Below are positions 20,025 through 29,106 of a DNA stretch of 64,000 nucleotides, one piece after another. A program made the translations under genes and the position numbers. The notes under the pieces are model-generated. The model ran no database searches, was not told where the DNA came from, and worked only from the letters and a program-made list of their open reading frames with translations. The first letter of the stretch is position 1, and each line of letters starts with the position of its first letter. The stretch spans positions 1,123 through 65,122 of the forward strand of contig JAGVBK010000003.1 of NCBI GenBank assembly GCA_020059745.1, read 5' to 3'. Source of the stretch: Candidatus Shapirobacteria bacterium. Its GTDB lineage: Bacteria > Patescibacteriota > Microgenomatia > UM-FILTER-40-11.

Positions 20025-20039
20025 CCCAAAGGGGATTTT

Positions 20040-21125
20040 ATGGAAGAAATTGTCCAAAAAATTGAGGAACTTAAAAAAAGGCTTGAGTTTTTGGTAGCCA
20101 AGCTTAATGTTGAAGACAAAAGGAAAGAAATAAAAAGCTTGGAGGCGGAAGCGGCCCGGCCCGGTTTTTGGGATGACCCCGGTCAGGCGCAGGCCAAAAC
20201 AAAACTTCTCTCCTTATATAATGAAGAGCTGTCAAAGGTTCAAGAATATGAAGAAAAAATTAATTCCCTTAAAGAGCTTGCTTCTTCAGAAGATGCTTCA
20301 GAACTTCAGGAGGACTTGAAAAAAGAAGTTGACAGCCTCGAAAAAGCAATGGAAAAGCTTGAGATAAGCACTTATCTTAGCGGCCCTTATGATCGTTCTT
20401 CTGCCATTGTTTCCATTCATGCGGGTCAGGGCGGAACAGAAGCGATGGATTGGGCCCAGATGCTTGAAAGAATGTATGTTCGCTTCGCAGAAAAAAGGAG
20501 TTGGAAAGTTGATGTTGTCGACGAAATTGCCGGAGACGAGGCGGGAATTAAAAGCGCAACGCTTTCCGTAGAAGGACCTTTTGCCTACGGATACCTTAAA
20601 GGCGAAAGAGGAGCGCATCGCCTGGTCAGACAATCTCCTTTTAATGCCGACAAGCTAAGGCAGACTTCTTTTGCTTTAGTGGAGGTTTTGCCGGAAATCG
20701 AGGAAGCGGAAAAAATTCCCATTCCTGATTCTGATATTGAATGGGATTTTTTTAGGGCTTCTTCTCACGGCGGCCAAAATGTTCAAAAAGTTTCCACGGC
20801 TGTAAGATTAAGGCACCTTCCCACCGGAATTGTGGTAACCAGCCAAAGTGAACGCTACCAGGAAAGAAACAGAGAAATTGCCCTAAACCTTTTAAGATCA
20901 AAGCTCTGGCAGCTTGAAGAGGAAAAGAAAGAAAGAGAGAGAAAAGACCTCAAAGGCGAGTTTAAGCTGGCAGCCTGGGGAAACCAGATTCGCTCTTATG
21001 TGCTTCATCCTTATAAAATGGTTAAGGATTTAAGAACTGAGTATGAAGTCAATGACCCTTTCTCTGTTTTAGACGGAAACCTGGACGGATTTATTGAGGC
21101 TGAACTTAAAACTCTTAAAGATTAA
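20040..21125 (+). CDS. prfB: Peptide chain release factor 2
   Basis: HAGQGGTEAMDW, HRLVRQSPF (SPF motif), GGQNV, WGNQIRSYVLHPY; continuous ORF. Confidence 0.97.
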   Translation: MEEIVQKIEELKKRLEFLVAKLNVEDKRKEIKSLEAEAARPGFWDDPGQAQAKTKLLSLYNEELSKVQEYEEKINSLKELASSEDASELQEDLKKEVDSLEKAMEKLEISTYLSGPYDRSSAIVSIHAGQGGTEAMDWAQMLERMYVRFAEKRSWKVDVVDEIAGDEAGIKSATLSVEGPFAYGYLKGERGAHRLVRQSPFNADKLRQTSFALVEVLPEIEEAEKIPIPDSDIEWDFFRASSHGGQNVQKVSTAVRLRHLPTGIVVTSQSERYQERNREIALNLLRSKLWQLEEEKKERERKDLKGEFKLAAWGNQIRSYVLHPYKMVKDLRTEYEVNDPFSVLDGNLDGFIEAELKTLKD

Positions 21126-21215
21126 TTTTATACTTGTCCTTTCATTCTTTTCTGTGCTATTCTTTATTCAGCCAGGAGGTCGCCTTTATTAATTTTGGCC
21201 GACAAAAGGAGAAAA

Positions 21216-21668
21216 ATGCCAGAAGAAATTCCTAACCTTAATTCTGACGAGGTTTCTAAAAAAAGACCCAACCCAAAAATTCTTACCCCCTTGCTTTTAG
21301 TAGTGGCTTTAGGTTTAGGGGCTTTTACTGGTTATTGGTTTGCGGGAAGAAATCCTACTTCAGGTTCGGAAGAAATAACCGGAGTTATTTCTGAGGACAA
21401 AATCGAGAAAGGTGCAGAATTCGGAGTTAAAGACACTGAAAATTTCCCCGATAAGGCAATTGGTGTTATTGAGGCAGGCGGAGAAAACGGAGAAGGAACC
21501 CATAAGCTTATAAGAGAAGGCGGGCCAAGCCAAACAGTATATTTAACCTCTTCTGTTTTAGACTTGGATCAGTTTGTCGGTAAAAAAGTTGAAGTAAACG
21601 GCGCCACTACCAAGGCGCAAAAAGTGGCCTGGCTTATGGATGTCGGCAAAATTAAGGTTCTTGAATAA
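21216..21668 (+). CDS. Single-pass membrane hypothetical protein
   Basis: TM helix, then GEGTHKLIREGGPSQTVYLTSSVLDLDQFVGKKV OB-like domain. Confidence 0.75.
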   Translation: MPEEIPNLNSDEVSKKRPNPKILTPLLLVVALGLGAFTGYWFAGRNPTSGSEEITGVISEDKIEKGAEFGVKDTENFPDKAIGVIEAGGENGEGTHKLIREGGPSQTVYLTSSVLDLDQFVGKKVEVNGATTKAQKVAWLMDVGKIKVLE

Positions 21669-21705
21669 ACGAAGAAAGTTATTCTTCGTGGCAGTTTAAA
21701 CTGCA

Positions 21706-22416
21706 ATGATTATTTTTGATAAAGTCAGCAAAAAATTTGGAAGCATTATTGCTTTAGAGGATGTTTCTTTCACTCTGGAAAAGGGTGAGTTTGTTTTTCT
21801 TACCGGTGCTTCCGGGGCCGGAAAAACCACTTTGATAAAACTTCTTTTAGGTGAGTACTTGCCTTCTGCCGGTGAAATTGAAATGAATGGCGAAAAAGTT
21901 TCCAAGGTTTCAAAGAAAAATCTTTATCTTTGGCGGAGAAAGCTTGGGGTTGTTTTTCAAGACTACAAGCTTTTTTGGGATAAAACAGTGGCTGAAAATG
22001 TTGCCTTGCCTTTGGAAATAATAAAAACGCCGGCAAAAGAAATTGGGGAAAAAGTGCAAAAAATACTTGAACTTGTAGGGCTGGAGGAAAGAAAAAGCCT
22101 CTTTCCCGCCCAACTTTCCGGCGGTGAACTGCAAAGGGTTTCTTTGGCCAGAGCGGTTATTACTGCTCCGGAGATTTTACTTGCAGATGAACCTACCGGC
22201 AACTTGGACCCCAAAACCTCAAAGGAAATGATAAGGCTCTTTAAAGAGATAAACGAAAAAGGAACAACCATCTTAATGGCTACCCATAACAATGAGATTG
22301 TTGATTCCTTTAAAGCTCGGGTAATTGAGCTTGAAAAAGGTAAGGTGGCAAGAGACGAAAAGGAAGGAAAATACTATAAAGATAAAAAGAAGGAAAAAGA
22401 GGAGGATGATGATTAA
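21706..22416 (+). CDS. ftsE: Cell division ABC ATPase FtsE
   Basis: GEFVFLTGASGAGKT, GVVFQDYKL, LSGGELQR, LLADEPTGNLDP; upstream of ftsX. Confidence 0.92.
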   Translation: MIIFDKVSKKFGSIIALEDVSFTLEKGEFVFLTGASGAGKTTLIKLLLGEYLPSAGEIEMNGEKVSKVSKKNLYLWRRKLGVVFQDYKLFWDKTVAENVALPLEIIKTPAKEIGEKVQKILELVGLEERKSLFPAQLSGGELQRVSLARAVITAPEILLADEPTGNLDPKTSKEMIRLFKEINEKGTTILMATHNNEIVDSFKARVIELEKGKVARDEKEGKYYKDKKKEKEEDDD

Positions 22417-23278
22417 AACCGCTAAGGATCATATAGTAAGATCGCCCTACCAGTCTTTAGCTGCAATTTTTGTCTTAACGCTTTCGCTTTTTCTCTTAAG
22501 CGCCTTTTTTCTTATCGGCTCTGGCTCACAGGTAATTTTGCGCCATTTTGAGTCAAGGCCTCAGGTCAGCGCCTACCTAAAAGACGAGGCAGCAACACAA
22601 GACATCGATCTTGTTAAGGCAAAAATTCAAGGCAACCCTAAGGTTAAAAAAATTGAATTCATTTCCAAGGAGCAGGCGCTTGAGCTTTACAAAGAACAAA
22701 ACAAGGATAAGCCTTTGCTTTTGGAAATGGTTTCCGCAAAAATTCTTCCCGCCAGTCTTGAGGTTTCCACCTATGATCTTTCTTCCCTTAAAAGCGTTGC
22801 TGAAACCTTAAAACAGGAAGAGATGGTTGAGGATGTTGTTTACCATGAAGATGTTGTTTCTTCTCTTTCAAACTGGATGGCCACTGTAAGAAAGTTTGGT
22901 TTGGGGGTGGCGGTTTTTCTTTTAACCATTGCCATAATGACAATTCTTATCATTTTAGGGATGAAGATATCCCAAAGAAAAGAAGAGATTGAAATCTTAA
23001 AGCTTTTGGGGGCTTCACCGCTTCATATTTGCGCCCCTTTCTACTTTGAAGGGGTGATATACGGGGTTTTGGCGGCTTTTATTTCTTGGGGGTTAAGCTA
23101 TGGGGCAATTTTATTGTCAAGTTCATTTTTAACACAATTTTTAGCGGGAATACCGCTTTTGCCAGTTTCCCCGATTTTTATGCTTGAAGTTCTCGGCGGA
23201 TTGCTCTTTTTAGGAATTTTTGTGGGGTTTGTGGGTAGTGTCTTGGCGGTTTCTCGCTTCAGCAGAACAATTAGATGA
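22406..23278 (+). CDS. ftsX: Cell division permease FtsX
   Basis: TM1, extracellular loop FISKEQAL..LPASLEV, RKEEIEILKLLGAS...PF..EG. Confidence 0.92.
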   Translation: MMIKTAKDHIVRSPYQSLAAIFVLTLSLFLLSAFFLIGSGSQVILRHFESRPQVSAYLKDEAATQDIDLVKAKIQGNPKVKKIEFISKEQALELYKEQNKDKPLLLEMVSAKILPASLEVSTYDLSSLKSVAETLKQEEMVEDVVYHEDVVSSLSNWMATVRKFGLGVAVFLLTIAIMTILIILGMKISQRKEEIEILKLLGASPLHICAPFYFEGVIYGVLAAFISWGLSYGAILLSSSFLTQFLAGIPLLPVSPIFMLEVLGGLLFLGIFVGFVGSVLAVSRFSRTIR

Positions 23279-24477
23279 AGCAGAAGATATTACTGATTCT
23301 TTTTTTTATTTTTCTCCAGATTTTTAGTTTCAGGATTGGAGTTTTTGCGGCCGAATGTACGACTCCAAGAGAGGGAGCTACCAGAGAGGAGCTTGAGGAT
23401 ATTATTCGTGCCTGTGAAGCCCAGATAGGCGAAACCAAAAAACAAGTAGACAGCCTTTCCAGAGAAATTGGCATTATTGACGGCCAAATCAGGGTAGCCC
23501 AGCTTAAAATTTCCCAAACAGAATACCAAATAAGAACGCTTGAGGAAGAAATAGTTAATCTTTCCGGAAAAATTGAGAGACTTGACGGTTCGCTTGACTA
23601 TCTTTCCAGAGTTCTTTTAGACCGGGTGGCCGAATCTTACAAAAGAAACAAAGTTGATGCCATAACCATCCTTTTTTCTTCAAGGAATGTTTCTGATTTT
23701 GTTGCCCGCTACCGGTATTTGCAAAAAATCCAGCTTCATGACCGGGAACTTCTTTTGTCAATGGAACAAACAAGGACCAGCTATGACGAGCAAAAAAGCC
23801 TGAAAGAGCAAAAGCAGGAAGAGCTGGAAAAGCTGCAAGCCCAGCTTTTGACGCAAAAAAAGCAGCTTGATATTCAAGTGGCAAACAGGAAAAGAATCCT
23901 TGAGGAAACCAGAGGAAAGGAAGCAGTTTACCAGCAATTTCTTGCTAGCGCCAAAGGAGAACTAGAGGCCATCCTGGGAATTTTGGAGGGCAAGGGAAGA
24001 GAAGAAAGAATAAAAGATGTTTCCGAAGGCGAAAAAATTGCCTCAGTTATTTACGGAGCCTCATGTAATTCAAATGGTACACACCTTCATTTTATGATCA
24101 CTAAAGACGGCAAGCCCTTAAACCCTTTTAGCTATCTTAAGGGAGGTATTAATTATGAAAACTGTTCCGGTTCTTCCTGCGGCAGCGCGGACGCTGATCC
24201 TTTTAATCCGCAAGGTGATTGGGGCTGGCCTTTAAATGAAAAAATCAGGCTCACTCAAGGTTACGGTTATACCTGGGCAATTCAACACATTCCCTGGTTA
24301 AGGGCAATTTATACTTTTCATAATGGTATTGATTTGCAGGGAGGAAGCTTAGATGTTAGAGCAACAAAAAAAGGTGCTCTTTATTGGGGAAGTTATGTGG
24401 GAAGGTGCACTTTAAAGTATGTTAAAGTGGAGCATGAAGACGGCTTCAGTTCCTACTATCTTCATGTAAACTACTGA
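23275..24477 (+). CDS. Coiled-coil murein hydrolase/activator (EnvC/CwlO-like) with permuted M23 domain
   Basis: Signal peptide, long coiled coil, GTHLHF...NPFSYL then WPL..TQGYG..HNGIDL..VEH..YYLH. Confidence 0.8.
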   Translation: MKQKILLILFFIFLQIFSFRIGVFAAECTTPREGATREELEDIIRACEAQIGETKKQVDSLSREIGIIDGQIRVAQLKISQTEYQIRTLEEEIVNLSGKIERLDGSLDYLSRVLLDRVAESYKRNKVDAITILFSSRNVSDFVARYRYLQKIQLHDRELLLSMEQTRTSYDEQKSLKEQKQEELEKLQAQLLTQKKQLDIQVANRKRILEETRGKEAVYQQFLASAKGELEAILGILEGKGREERIKDVSEGEKIASVIYGASCNSNGTHLHFMITKDGKPLNPFSYLKGGINYENCSGSSCGSADADPFNPQGDWGWPLNEKIRLTQGYGYTWAIQHIPWLRAIYTFHNGIDLQGGSLDVRATKKGALYWGSYVGRCTLKYVKVEHEDGFSSYYLHVNY

Positions 24478-25338
24478 TGAGCAGATTTTTAAATAAACTA
24501 CCTTTTTTAGTTTTTTTTCAACTCCTGTTCCTCTTTTCTTTAGCAAAAACTTCCTATGCTCAGGTAGTGATTAATGAATTTGTTTTTGATCCGACAAATG
24601 ACCAAAACGAGTGGGTGGAATTATATAATATGGGTACAGAGACAGTTAATCTTCAAGGTTGGCAAATTTCCGATAAGCTTAGTTCTCCCCATGTTCACTC
24701 TCTTGATAGTCTCGGCTCCATTCCTTCTGATGGGTTTGTAGTTTTTGAATACCAATCTGGAGACGGTTGGCTTAATAATGATGCCGATACGGTTATTCTT
24801 AGGGATAAACGAGGGTAATATCTTGGATGAAAAAGAGTATTCCTCAAATCCGGGAGAAGGAAAATCTTACGGTAGAAGCCCAAATGGTACAGGAGGTTTT
24901 ATTGTTTATGATGCTGCTTCGGTTTCAAAAGGTGTGGTAAACCCTACTCCTACAGAAGTTCCTACCCCCACCCCAACTCCCCAGCCAACGGAGGTTCCGA
25001 CTGAAGCACCAGAGCCAACAGCAACCCCAACCCCTGAGCCGACTTTAACCCCTACTCCCACGACAAAGCCGACAACTAAGCCTTCACCGACTCCAACACC
25101 AGATAAAGAACCGGAAATGGTAACTACCAGCTTCGACGGACCTCAGGGCGAAGTTTTGGGTAGCGAGTCCTCTCCAACAGGACCAGACGAACTCGAAGAC
25201 ATAAAAGCTCTTTATTCCCCTCCGGAAAAGAAAAAATCAATTCTTCTTCCGATTTTTTTAATCGGTGGCGGCGGAGTATCTATTTTCTTTTCAGTTCTTT
25301 CTTTTCTTAAAAAGGAAGAAGGTGAGGAAGTTGCTTAA
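24477..25338 (+). pseudogene. Lamin-tail-domain (LTD) surface protein with PT-rich stalk and C-terminal TM, split by a 1-nt frameshift
   Basis: [25 protein letters not shown] in one frame continues as [21 protein letters not shown] in another; extra A in gatAAAc at 24807-24809. Confidence 0.75.
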
Positions 25339-25382
25339 TTTCTTGTCTTTTAAACTAATAAATAATATAGTTAATTTTACCA

Positions 25383-25799
25383 ATGGTTAAAGTTCTTAAA
25401 GATATTTTATATATCTTGCCTCCGCTTTTATGGATGGCTTTAATTTATTACCTTTCTTCGTTTAACAGGCTTCAGGCTTCCGAAATAGGCTGGCAGGATT
25501 TTGTTCTAAGAAAAGGGGCTCATTTTGCCGAATATGCAATTCTTTTTGTTTTAATTTACCGGGCCTTTAATTTTATGACCAGGCTTTCTTTAGCTGACAA
25601 GCTTTTTTTTACCTTTTTCCTAACAGTTTTGTATGCCCTGACAGACGAATATCACCAAACCTGGGTTTTGGGGAGAACCGGAAAGCTTTTTGATGTTATG
25701 GTGGACACTTCGGGGGCAGTTTTTGGCTTTGTTTTTTCTGCTAAATTAATTTACCGCTTGCCAATAAGTATGCAAAGATTTATTCTAAAAAAGTCATGA
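25383..25799 (+). CDS. VanZ family protein
   Basis: RKGAHFAEYAIL, YALTDEYHQTWV.GR....DV..D..G. Confidence 0.88.
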   Translation: MVKVLKDILYILPPLLWMALIYYLSSFNRLQASEIGWQDFVLRKGAHFAEYAILFVLIYRAFNFMTRLSLADKLFFTFFLTVLYALTDEYHQTWVLGRTGKLFDVMVDTSGAVFGFVFSAKLIYRLPISMQRFILKKS

Positions 25800-26779
25800 A
25801 AGTTTTAGTTACCGGTGGCGCCGGGTACATAGGTTCACATACGGTTGCCGAGCTGCAAAAGCAAAACATTGAAGTAGTGGTTTTTGACAATTTGATTTGC
25901 GGCCATAAAGAAGCGGTTACGTGTCCTCTAATTGTCGGCGATCTTCTTAAAAAAGATGAGATTAAAAAAGTTTTTAAGGAGAATAAGTTTGACGGGGTAA
26001 TCCATTTTGCCGCTTATGCCCTGGCCGGAGAATCGATGAAAGAGCCGGCAAAATATTTTGAAAACAATCTCCAGGGCGGGCTTAATCTTCTTGAAGCTAT
26101 GAGAGAGGGTGAAGTTAATAAAATTGTTTTTTCTTCCACTTGTGCAATTTACGGCTATCCGGATAAACTGCCGGTTATTGAAGAGGAAAGCAAAAAGCCG
26201 GTCTCTGTTTATGGGGAATCTAAGCTTATGTTTGAAACCATTCTTCGCTGGTATGACCAGCTTTTCGGAATAAAAAATGTTTGTCTTAGATACTTTAACG
26301 CCAGCGGCGATTCTTTGGACGGCTCAATTGGTGAAGACCACAAACCGGAAACTCATATTATTCCTATTGCCATGCAAGCTGCCTTAGGCCAAAGGGAAAA
26401 ATTCTCAATTTTCGGGGAAGACTACAATACTCCTGACGGCACCTGTATTCGCGACTACATTCATGTTTTGGATTTGGCCTCTGCCCACATAAAAGCGCTT
26501 GATTATTTATCTAAAGAAGGAGAAAGCAATTATTTTAATGTCGGTACCGGCCAGGGCTATTCAAACAAAGAAATTCTCAACATGGTTAAAGAGGTAACAG
26601 GGGTTGATTTTCCGGTTGAAGTTGGGCCGAGAAGAGAGGGAGACCCGGATGCAATTTTTGCGGACAGTTCAAAGGCAAAAACGGTTTTAGGCTGGGAGCC
26701 AAAGCACTCTGATCTTAAGACAATTATTGAGTCAGCCTGGAAATGGCACAAAAGCCACCCCAAGGGCTATTCTTCCTAA
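25796..26779 (+). CDS. galE: UDP-glucose 4-epimerase
   Basis: VTGGAGYIGSH, FSSTCAIYG, YGESK, LRYFNASG, TPDGTCIRDYIHV. Confidence 0.95.
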   Translation: MKVLVTGGAGYIGSHTVAELQKQNIEVVVFDNLICGHKEAVTCPLIVGDLLKKDEIKKVFKENKFDGVIHFAAYALAGESMKEPAKYFENNLQGGLNLLEAMREGEVNKIVFSSTCAIYGYPDKLPVIEEESKKPVSVYGESKLMFETILRWYDQLFGIKNVCLRYFNASGDSLDGSIGEDHKPETHIIPIAMQAALGQREKFSIFGEDYNTPDGTCIRDYIHVLDLASAHIKALDYLSKEGESNYFNVGTGQGYSNKEILNMVKEVTGVDFPVEVGPRREGDPDAIFADSSKAKTVLGWEPKHSDLKTIIESAWKWHKSHPKGYSS

Positions 26780-26870
26780 GCAAGCGCTTTCTTCTTACCA
26801 AGTTATTACTTCTTTTTAAGAAGCTTCATAAACCGTTAAGGTTTAATGAATTTTGAAGCTAAAAACACTC

Positions 26871-26916
26871 TTGACAAGAAAATTTTTTTTGGTATTTTTT
26901 AAATTAAAGGAGGTGA
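26871..26916 (+). promoter_or_regulatory. Promoter (-35 TTGACA) and strong SD for hsp20
   Basis: TTGACA 26871-26876, TGG-TATTTT about 16 nt later, AAGGAGGTGA before ATG 26922. Confidence 0.5.
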
Positions 26917-26921
26917 TATAG

Positions 26922-27344
26922 ATGGCGATAGTAAGATGGGAACCATCAGGTTTAACCAGAAGAATTTTAGATTGGCCTTTTTTATTCAGTGATGAGGAAA
27001 TGCCAATGGCAATAAGGCAGGGCCTTGACATTTATGAAACAGAAAACGAGGTAGTTGTTAAAGCTCCTGTTCCCGGAGTTTTGGAGGACGAGGTTGATGT
27101 GACTTTTGAAAACGGAGTTTTAAGAATTCAGGCCAGGCACGAAGAAACCGACAAGGAAAAGGAAGAAAAAAGAACTGTTTACCAGCAGCAAAGAATTGTA
27201 TCTTTTGACTACACAACTACTCTGCCGCGTTCGGTTGATCCAGACAAAATTTCAGCTGAAGTGGAGAACGGCGTTGTCGTTGTTAAGGCGCCAATTGCCG
27301 AAGAAGCAAAGCCGAGAAAAATTGCCATTAAAGGAAGAAGATAA
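26922..27344 (+). CDS. Hsp20/alpha-crystallin small heat-shock protein
   Basis: LDIYETENEVVVKAPVPGV..V.V..ENGVL.I, LP..VD..KISAE.ENGV, C-terminal KIAI motif. Confidence 0.93.
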   Translation: MAIVRWEPSGLTRRILDWPFLFSDEEMPMAIRQGLDIYETENEVVVKAPVPGVLEDEVDVTFENGVLRIQARHEETDKEKEEKRTVYQQQRIVSFDYTTTLPRSVDPDKISAEVENGVVVVKAPIAEEAKPRKIAIKGRR

Positions 27345-27364
27345 ACTACCTTTTTTTCTGTGAT

Positions 27365-27392
27365 AAGCAGGAAGGATTTCCTTCCTGCTTTT
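27365..27392. terminator. Terminator between convergent hsp20 and the small membrane-protein gene
   Basis: aagcaggaagg-attt-ccttcctgctt followed by tt. Confidence 0.8.
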
Positions 27393-27537
27393 AAAATGCC
27401 AAAATGCCTAGACCGATAAGACCGATAAGAATAAGATAAATCCCTACTAAAGTTGAAAGCAGTCTGGGATTAAACAGAATTAGAACTCCGAAAACAAGGG
27501 ATAAAATCGGGCTTAAATTCACTAAGGTTAATCTCAT
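27391..27537 (-). CDS. 48-aa two-helix membrane protein, DUF3096-like (not in ORF track)
   Basis: Manual translation MRLTLVNLSPILSLVFGVLILFNPRLLSTLVGIYLILIGLIGLGILAF*; SD-like GAAAGGGGG upstream. Confidence 0.8.
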   Translation of the reverse strand: MRLTLVNLSPILSLVFGVLILFNPRLLSTLVGIYLILIGLIGLGILAF

Positions 27538-27692
27538 TTAGCCCCCTTTCTTTTAGAGAAATTATGAATGGCTGCCAAACGAGAGTCAAGCAATCTTCTT
27601 TCTTGACAGCAGTTAGTAAAAAATTATATATCATAAAATATAGCAATTAATTTCTTCTGCCCAATCATTACTTACGAAAGGAGGTGAAAGAA

Positions 27693-28040
27693 ATGACTTC
27701 AACTGAAAGACGTATCCCTGACGATGGAGTTGCAGAAACACTAAGCCCCATTGCTAGAATGAAAGATTTGAAAGAAAGATTAGGAACAGCGGTTAAAAGC
27801 CCGGAATGGGAAATTGCTGACGATGAAGGAAGAAAGGAAATAATGGAAGGAGTGCTTGGTCAATCTTTGGAGTACTATACCGAAAACGGATACCGAGATA
27901 AAACTGAAGAACTAACCAGGATTCTTGGCCAGTTTAAGGAAGGAGCTATTGGAGTTGAGGTAATTGTTGATACTGCCATGCCGCAAGAAAATAATGGTGT
28001 CAAAAAGAAGGGTTTTTTGACTCTTTTTAGACGCCGTTAA
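27693..28040 (+). CDS. Hypothetical protein
   Basis: SD AAAGGAGGTGA before ATG; TTGACA at 27603; ends KKKGFLTLFRRR; hairpin at 28054-28089 downstream. Confidence 0.7.
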   Translation: MTSTERRIPDDGVAETLSPIARMKDLKERLGTAVKSPEWEIADDEGRKEIMEGVLGQSLEYYTENGYRDKTEELTRILGQFKEGAIGVEVIVDTAMPQENNGVKKKGFLTLFRRR

Positions 28041-28105
28041 ACTGGCTTTGTTAATATTATAGAGGGCTTTGGCAAGCTCTCTGTAATATGGAGTAAAATG
28101 GATTT

Positions 28106-28732
28106 ATGATCCATCTTCCTGCAAAAAAAATTGTTAATGTCTTTTCTTTGTTAATTATTTTTTTAGGAATTGGAATTTTGCTTCTTACTTTTGGCAGCCC
28201 TCTTTTTTATGAAGTTCAATATCAGGCAAAAACCATTGCCAAGCCTGGAGCGCAAGAACAAAAGAATAAAGAGATAGTTCCTGTGAATGCAGACTTTTCA
28301 ATTGTAATTCCTAAAATTAACGCTAATGCTCCGATTTTTCCCAACGTTAACCCTTTTGAAGAAAAAGAATTTTCTCCAGTTTTAAAAAAGGGAGTTGCCC
28401 ATGCCAAAGGAACTTCTTTTCCCGGCAACAACAAAAACATTTATCTTTTTGCCCATTCAACTGATGTTTTTTTTAATGTCGGCCGATATAATGCCGTTTT
28501 TTATCTTATTGGAAAACTTGAAAACGGAGATGAAATCGACATTTATTATAGGGAGGGACTTTTTAAATATAAGGTGTTTGAGAAAAAGATTGTTTCTCCG
28601 GAAGCAGTAAATTATCTGGAAATCGGAGATGAAGAAATACTTACTCTTCAGACTTGTTATCCTCCGGGAACAACTCTCAAAAGGCTGGTAGTAAGAGCCA
28701 GTCCCTCGGAAGCACTAAATTCAAAATACTAA
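28106..28732 (+). CDS. Sortase
   Basis: N-terminal TM; IVIPKI, GVAH, FAHS, F..IGKLE.GDEI, LTLQTCYPPG..KRLVV (His-Cys-Arg triad). Confidence 0.93.
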   Translation: MIHLPAKKIVNVFSLLIIFLGIGILLLTFGSPLFYEVQYQAKTIAKPGAQEQKNKEIVPVNADFSIVIPKINANAPIFPNVNPFEEKEFSPVLKKGVAHAKGTSFPGNNKNIYLFAHSTDVFFNVGRYNAVFYLIGKLENGDEIDIYYREGLFKYKVFEKKIVSPEAVNYLEIGDEEILTLQTCYPPGTTLKRLVVRASPSEALNSKY

Positions 28733-28743
28733 GCTCTAAATAA
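28709..28743. repeat. Left arm of hairpin element copy C, overlapping the sortase 3' end
   Basis: aagcactaaattcaaaatactaagctctaaataa is about 28/34 identical to the reverse complement of 29128-29161. Confidence 0.85.
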
Positions 28744-28749
28744 ACACAA

Positions 28750-29106
28750 ATGGCCCAAACTCAAAAAACAAAATTTGATTTAGATGAAAGAACATTTAAG
28801 TTTGCGAAGGAAGTTGTTAATTTTGTTAAAGGTTTGCCTCATAATATTTCTAATATTGAAATTGTAAAACAATTAGTCAGGTCTTCCGGATCGGTTGGGG
28901 CAAATTACATTGAAGCAAGCGAATCTTTAAGCAGGAAAGATTTTCTAATGAGGATCAAAATTTGTAGGAAAGAAGCCAAAGAAAGCGTTTATTGGTTAAG
29001 GTTATTGACTTGTTTGGCTGAACAAGAAACAGAAAGAGAGGCTTTGATAATAGAGGGAATCGAGTTAACGAAAATTTTCGGCTCAATTGTCGAGAAATCA
29101 AAATAA
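28750..29106 (+). CDS. Four helix bundle protein (23S rRNA IVS protein/TIGR02436-like)
   Basis: DLDERTFKFA, QLVRSSGSVGANYIEA.ESLSRKDF..RIKICRKEAKES.YWLRLL, E..EL.KIF.SI. Confidence 0.92.
   Translation: MAQTQKTKFDLDERTFKFAKEVVNFVKGLPHNISNIEIVKQLVRSSGSVGANYIEASESLSRKDFLMRIKICRKEAKESVYWLRLLTCLAEQETEREALIIEGIELTKIFGSIVEKSK

Noticed and set aside
20040-20130. Programmed +1 frameshift in prfB
   Set aside because: The ORF is continuous from ATG 20040; no CTT-TGA site
24940-25105. ccNacN repeats as a DNA repeat element
   Set aside because: They simply encode a Pro-Thr stalk
26862-26890. CIRCE operator upstream of hsp20
   Set aside because: Only a partial left half (cactc); no GAGTGCTAA arm
27411-27440. 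gaccgataa direct repeats as iterons or operator
   Set aside because: Explained by LIG-LIG codons of the minus-strand microprotein
28750-29106. Four-helix-bundle protein as Avd of a diversity-generating retroelement
   Set aside because: No reverse transcriptase and no TR/VR pair differing at adenines seen in the window
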